Assembly (NCBI GenBank): GCA_044224875.1
Contig: JBGAJQ010000096.1
Location: 1 to 14,515, forward strand
From: Gemmatimonadaceae bacterium
GTDB lineage: Bacteria; Gemmatimonadota; Gemmatimonadetes; Gemmatimonadales; Gemmatimonadaceae
Length of the DNA stretch: 14,515 nucleotides
Direction of reading: 5' to 3'
Shown here in pieces: positions 11,022 to 14,515 of the stretch; position 1 is the stretch's first letter, and each line of letters starts with the position of its first letter. A model generated the notes under the pieces. That model made no database searches. It was not told where the DNA came from and saw only the letters and a list, made by a program, of their open reading frames with translations. A program made the position numbers and the translations under genes.

Positions 11022-11983
11022 GTGTACGCCTCGGCGCTATGCCGCGCGGGGGAACGCCTGAGGGCCAGGACGCCGGGAACGAGCATGGCCAGTGCACCGA
11101 TCCCGGCCGCCCACCACAATCCGTCCCGAAGACACAATGCCACCGGCATGATCCCATTCGCGAGGTACAGCAGGATCGGCAGCGAGGTTGGGGCCAGTTC
11201 GGCGGCAACCGACCGCGGAGGCACGACGGCGAGCATCAGGCGGGCAATGAGGGTGCCCGTCAGGTACCACCCGAACCAGTTCGACAGTGGCATGCCGTAG
11301 AATGCGGGCTTGGTGAAAAAGGCATCGAGCCAGCCAGGCAGCCCGGCATCGTGGAATAGATCGCCCGCTCCCCACACCCAGTGCGCCGTGCGGACCATCG
11401 CCGGGTCCATCGATATGTCCCACGCGAGAAGGACCGCACCCGACAGGGCCGCCCAACGCCACCGCGTGCGACGATCGTCGCGAACGCCTGGGCCCGATAA
11501 GCGAGCGACGATCACCAGGCTCCCGTACAGCATGTAGAACCACGAGATCGGGATGGGGAAGGGAACCAGTCCGAGCACCCGCGGGCCCAAGAGGGTGGTA
11601 TAGTGGTATTCGCCGAACGGAAGGCCGGTGCTGGTACCAAGTAGTTCCGCGCCTAACGAGACGAACGAGCCGACGAGGAACAGCGCCAAAGCGCGTCGTC
11701 GGCCCACCGTACCCATGCCGTGGGCCAGCGCGGCCAGCGCGCCGACCACCACATACGTCGGGCCAGTGTAGGTCCAACCGATCCGCATGATGGTCGCGTT
11801 AGGTTCACGTTGGAGCCAAGGCCCCGGCGGACCATTCAGGATCGTGGTCATGGCTGCGGTGGCGAAGGCCGTCAGCGCCAAATGGACCACGAACAGCACG
11901 CGGGCGGCCGACATCCACTCGTCGGCTGAAAGCGCGACCGGGCGTCGCGTCACGTCATCGACAAGCACGCGCGAGCTGGTCAC
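11018..11983 (-). CDS. cruF: Carotenoid biosynthesis membrane protein, CruF-like carotenoid 1,2-hydratase (DUF422 family)
   Basis: Multi-TM protein with the family motifs ELLGTSTGLPFGEYHY, LGPRVLGLVP...ISW, AWDISMDP and FYGMPLSNWFGW. GTG start at 11983 overlaps the crtB stop (GTGA). Sits between crtB and crtI. 321 aa. Confidence 0.85.
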   Translation of the reverse strand: MTSSRVLVDDVTRRPVALSADEWMSAARVLFVVHLALTAFATAAMTTILNGPPGPWLQREPNATIMRIGWTYTGPTYVVVGALAALAHGMGTVGRRRALALFLVGSFVSLGAELLGTSTGLPFGEYHYTTLLGPRVLGLVPFPIPISWFYMLYGSLVIVARLSGPGVRDDRRTRWRWAALSGAVLLAWDISMDPAMVRTAHWVWGAGDLFHDAGLPGWLDAFFTKPAFYGMPLSNWFGWYLTGTLIARLMLAVVPPRSVAAELAPTSLPILLYLANGIMPVALCLRDGLWWAAGIGALAMLVPGVLALRRSPARHSAEAYT

Positions 11984-12891
11984 GCGACGGCCGTCAGCTT
12001 CCGACCGAACGCTGGCGAGCGACCCCGCCACGCGTTGAAGAGCACACGGGCTCGCGTGGGCCAAGCCACCCGGGCACGTCGTGTGACGTTGTCGAACCCG
12101 TTCGCCTCGATCGCATCGAGGATCCGGGCATATCCGTCCGCGCATGCGCTCGCACACCCCCGCGCGTCCTCGCACAACAGGTGGATGCCCGGCACCGACT
12201 CGTGGTACAAGTCGCGGGCCCGACTCACCTGGGCACGCATGGCATCGGCCCAACCCGTCAATTCGGCAAGCGGCCGTCCACTCAGGACGTCGCTCCGCGA
12301 TATGCCGTACCTGTTCAAGTCGCGCTCGGGGAGGTAGCACCGCCCCCGGCACGCATCCTCGCCCACGTCGCGGAGGATGTTGGTGAGCTGCATGGCCACA
12401 CCGAGCGTACGTGCGGCACGCGTGGCGTTGCCATGCGCCGATGGTTGGCCGTCCGCGACGCCAAAGACGGCGGTGCACATCTCGCCCACACTGGACGCCA
12501 CGCCTTCGCAGTATGATCGCAGCTGCTCCCACGTCTCATACGGCGCGATCGCCAGGTCCCGGCTGACCCCATCGAGTAGTTCAACAATCGCGTGGCGTGG
12601 GACCGCGAAGCGTTCCGCGGCCCAGGCCAGCTCTCGCTCTATAGGTCCAGCAGGCTTGCCGTCCAACGCCCGCCAGACTCGGTCGGAGAAGAGTTGCAGC
12701 TGCTGCTGACATGCGGCCAACGGCTGACCGGGAACGACACGGTCCACGATGTCATCGGCGGTCCGGCACATGGCATAGAGCGCGAACGTCCCCCTTCGCT
12801 TTTCCGGAGGGAGCAGTCGCGCGGCCAAGGCGAAGGTCCGGGCGTGTGAATTGGCGATATCGGCGCAAATGCGCGCGTCGCTCAGTGGCAT
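11980..12891 (-). CDS. crtB: Phytoene synthase
   Basis: TFALAARLLP, first Asp-rich motif LYAMCRTADDIVD, YCEGVASSVG, second motif MQLTNILRDVGED, and GRCYLP. Confidence 0.94.
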   Translation of the reverse strand: MPLSDARICADIANSHARTFALAARLLPPEKRRGTFALYAMCRTADDIVDRVVPGQPLAACQQQLQLFSDRVWRALDGKPAGPIERELAWAAERFAVPRHAIVELLDGVSRDLAIAPYETWEQLRSYCEGVASSVGEMCTAVFGVADGQPSAHGNATRAARTLGVAMQLTNILRDVGEDACRGRCYLPERDLNRYGISRSDVLSGRPLAELTGWADAMRAQVSRARDLYHESVPGIHLLCEDARGCASACADGYARILDAIEANGFDNVTRRARVAWPTRARVLFNAWRGRSPAFGRKLTAVA

Positions 12892-13295
12892 GCCATCATG
12901 GGACTGGGACTCTTGGATAATGTAGCTCTGGAATGTGAAGCGGCGGGATCACTATCCCACAAGCGTGATGCTCGAAATACGCCCGGACTGTCCAACGTTC
13001 GTCAGTCGCACCATGTCGCTTGGCTCCAAATCGTTAGGGATCTACCCCTTTCGAGAAGTTGTCGCATACGACTCGCGGTGATTGCCGTCGGACGACCTCG
13101 AGACAGGCGGCCCCAACAAAGCCCGTTGAGCTCGGGTCCTCGGATGCATGTGCCGACGCCCCGGGACGGGTTGAGTCGCGTCAGTCCTGGCGCGACGGGC
13201 AGGTTGCGCGGCTTGGACGGGTCCAACTCAGGAATTGCGCTCCCGCCGTCAAAAGCCGTGATGCCGCATCGGTGATGGGCTGGTAAGTATTTACC

Positions 13296-13308
13296 TATCA
13301 ATTAGTTG
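13296..13308 (+). promoter_or_regulatory. IHF consensus site
   Basis: TATCAATTAGTTG matches WATCAANNNNTTR exactly and lies in an AT-rich patch of the divergent crtB/susC intergenic region. Confidence 0.5.
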
Positions 13309-13367
13309 TGATGACTGTCACCTTCCCGTGGCGCGTCGCGGAGCCGATCCGGCTCGTAACTCTTCTA

Positions 13368-13397
13368 TTGACAGCGCTATGCAAAAGGTGACATCGT
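13368..13397 (+). promoter_or_regulatory. Candidate sigma70 promoter for the TonB-dependent receptor
   Basis: Perfect -35 TTGACA (13368-13373), 18-nt spacer, then TGn-CATCGT as a weak extended -10 (13389-13397). Confidence 0.4.
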
Positions 13398-13659
13398 CGC
13401 GGCGCTCAATCGAAGGACAGGGCCCGATTTTCGACCCCAGCCACAGCTAAGAGGTGGGCGAGTGATTCGGCTTCGCAGTGGTATTGCGTAGCCGGGCTTT
13501 GTGTTTCGTGAGGCAGACGTGGTGCGGGGGGGCGTCTGGTTGTGGGGCTCACACGAGGGCGACGCCGAGTGCTCCGGAATTGCCAGCATGTGGTTCTACC
13601 GACCGGCCGCAGGATCCCGCGAATCCCCAAACCCTAACGAGTTCGACTCGGAGGGCATC

Positions 13660-14515
13660 ATGAGCAGTAATGTCCGTTGGCGCAGGGCAGTGGCTGCGGT
13701 TGCAGTCAGCGCACTGTCCGCAACGTCAGCATTCGCCCAAGCGGGCGGTGTTGGCGTGATCGAAGGCACGGTGAAGGAGGCCCAGACGGGGCGACCGCTC
13801 GAAGGTGTGCAGGTGGGCGCGCTCGGATTGGGCGTCGGCGCGGTGACCAACCGTGACGGCAACTATCGCATCGCGAATGCTCCGGCTCGCACGTTGGACT
13901 TGCGGGCGCGGCTCATCGGCTTCACGGCCGGTGCGAAGCAGGTCGTCGTGCGAGCGGGGGCGACGGTTCGGGCAGACTTCGACCTGAACCAGTCGGCCCT
14001 CCAGCTGGAAGCGGTCGTCACGACCGGTACGGCGGTGGCGACGGAAGTGAAGCACCTCGGCAATACGGTGGCGCAGGTGGAGCCGCCGAAGTTCGCGCCG
14101 ATTGCAACGACGAACGAGCTGCTGCAGGGTCGTGAACCCGGCGTTGTTGGCTTGCCCTCGTCGGGCATGACCGGCACGGGCGCCCGGATCCGTATCCGCG
14201 GCAATGCGTCGCTGTCACAGTCGAACGAGCCCGTCATCTTCGTGGACGGCATCCGCATCAACTCGTCGGGCGATTTCTCGGCGAACGTTGGTGACGGTGG
14301 TGCTGCCGCGCCTTCGCGTCTGGACGACATCGATCCGAGCACGATCGAGCGCGTCGAGATCCTGAAGGGCGCAGCGGCCGCCACGTTGTACGGCACGGAA
14401 GCGTCCAACGGCGTGATCCAGATCTTCACGAAGAAGGGATCGGCGGGGAAGCCGAAGTGGGACTTCCAGCTGCAGGGCGACCTGCTCCGCTACCCGGACA
14501 ATCGTCTCGAGTCGA
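13660..14515 (+). CDS. SusC/RagA-family TonB-dependent outer-membrane receptor, 3'-truncated by the window
   Basis: Absent from the ORF track because it has no stop in the window; translated by hand from ATG 13660 (GGAGGG upstream). It reads signal peptide MSSNVRWRRAVAAVAVSALSATSAFA, carboxypeptidase-regulatory-like domain (IEGTVKEAQTGRPLEGVQV...TNRDGNYRI...LIGF), TonB-box-like LEAVVTTG, plug IRIRGNASLSQSNEPVIFVDGIRI, and the SusC signature IERVEILKGAAAATLYGTEASNGVIQIFTKKG. Confidence 0.93.
   Translation, partial: MSSNVRWRRAVAAVAVSALSATSAFAQAGGVGVIEGTVKEAQTGRPLEGVQVGALGLGVGAVTNRDGNYRIANAPARTLDLRARLIGFTAGAKQVVVRAGATVRADFDLNQSALQLEAVVTTGTAVATEVKHLGNTVAQVEPPKFAPIATTNELLQGREPGVVGLPSSGMTGTGARIRIRGNASLSQSNEPVIFVDGIRINSSGDFSANVGDGGAAAPSRLDDIDPSTIERVEILKGAAAATLYGTEASNGVIQIFTKKGSAGKPKWDFQLQGDLLRYPDNRLES

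Noticed and set aside
11984..12532. 504-aa version of the cruF ORF
   Set aside because: The extra 183 codons lie inside crtB in another frame and are not protein-like. The GTGA overlap at 11983 gives a natural start.
13198..13335. Cobalamin riboswitch-like fragments on the minus strand (GCCACGGGAAGG and AGCCGCGCAACCTGCC)
   Set aside because: The upstream AGGGAA/T-loop core is missing, the spacing is wrong, the B12 box is a poor match, and the orientation faces crtB rather than the receptor. An Rfam scan would settle it.
13180..13350. Sigma54 promoter, suggested by the IHF site and TGGCGC hexamers
   Set aside because: None of the candidates checked has the required GG-N10-GC spacing.
13031..13640. 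9-bp inverted match TCGTTAGGG (13031-13039) / CCCTAACGA (13632-13640) as possible MITE ends
   Set aside because: The match does not extend, there is no target-site duplication, and a 9-mer match is expected by chance in a region of this size.
12898..13663. Small ORFs in the crtB-susC intergenic region (12898-13275, 13002-13301, 13377-13589, 13478-13663 and others)
   Set aside because: No clear RBS, no recognisable motifs, and they overlap one another and the promoter-like elements.

Overview
GC-rich bacterial chromosome segment; gene content and order suggest Gemmatimonadota (inference, not tested). Left to right: the 3' end of a probable PilB/GspE-type ATPase fused to a C-terminal receiver domain (+), a Nudix hydrolase (+), a minus-strand proteostasis run tig-clpP-clpX-lon-engB ending in an uncharacterised lipoprotein gene, a divergent predicted outer-membrane beta-barrel gene (+), a translationally coupled carotenoid operon crtB-cruF-crtI (-), a ~770 bp divergent regulatory region, and the 5' part of a SusC/RagA-type TonB-dependent receptor (+). 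I see no mobile elements, CRISPR arrays, tRNAs or rRNAs. The window is mostly core genome and I cannot support a wholly new system. The best second-look items are a probable CTG start codon for crtI, a perfect 14-bp inverted repeat with a CRP-type TGTGA-N6-TCACA core between clpP and clpX, a trigger factor with a degenerate PPIase site, and the ATPase-receiver fusion.
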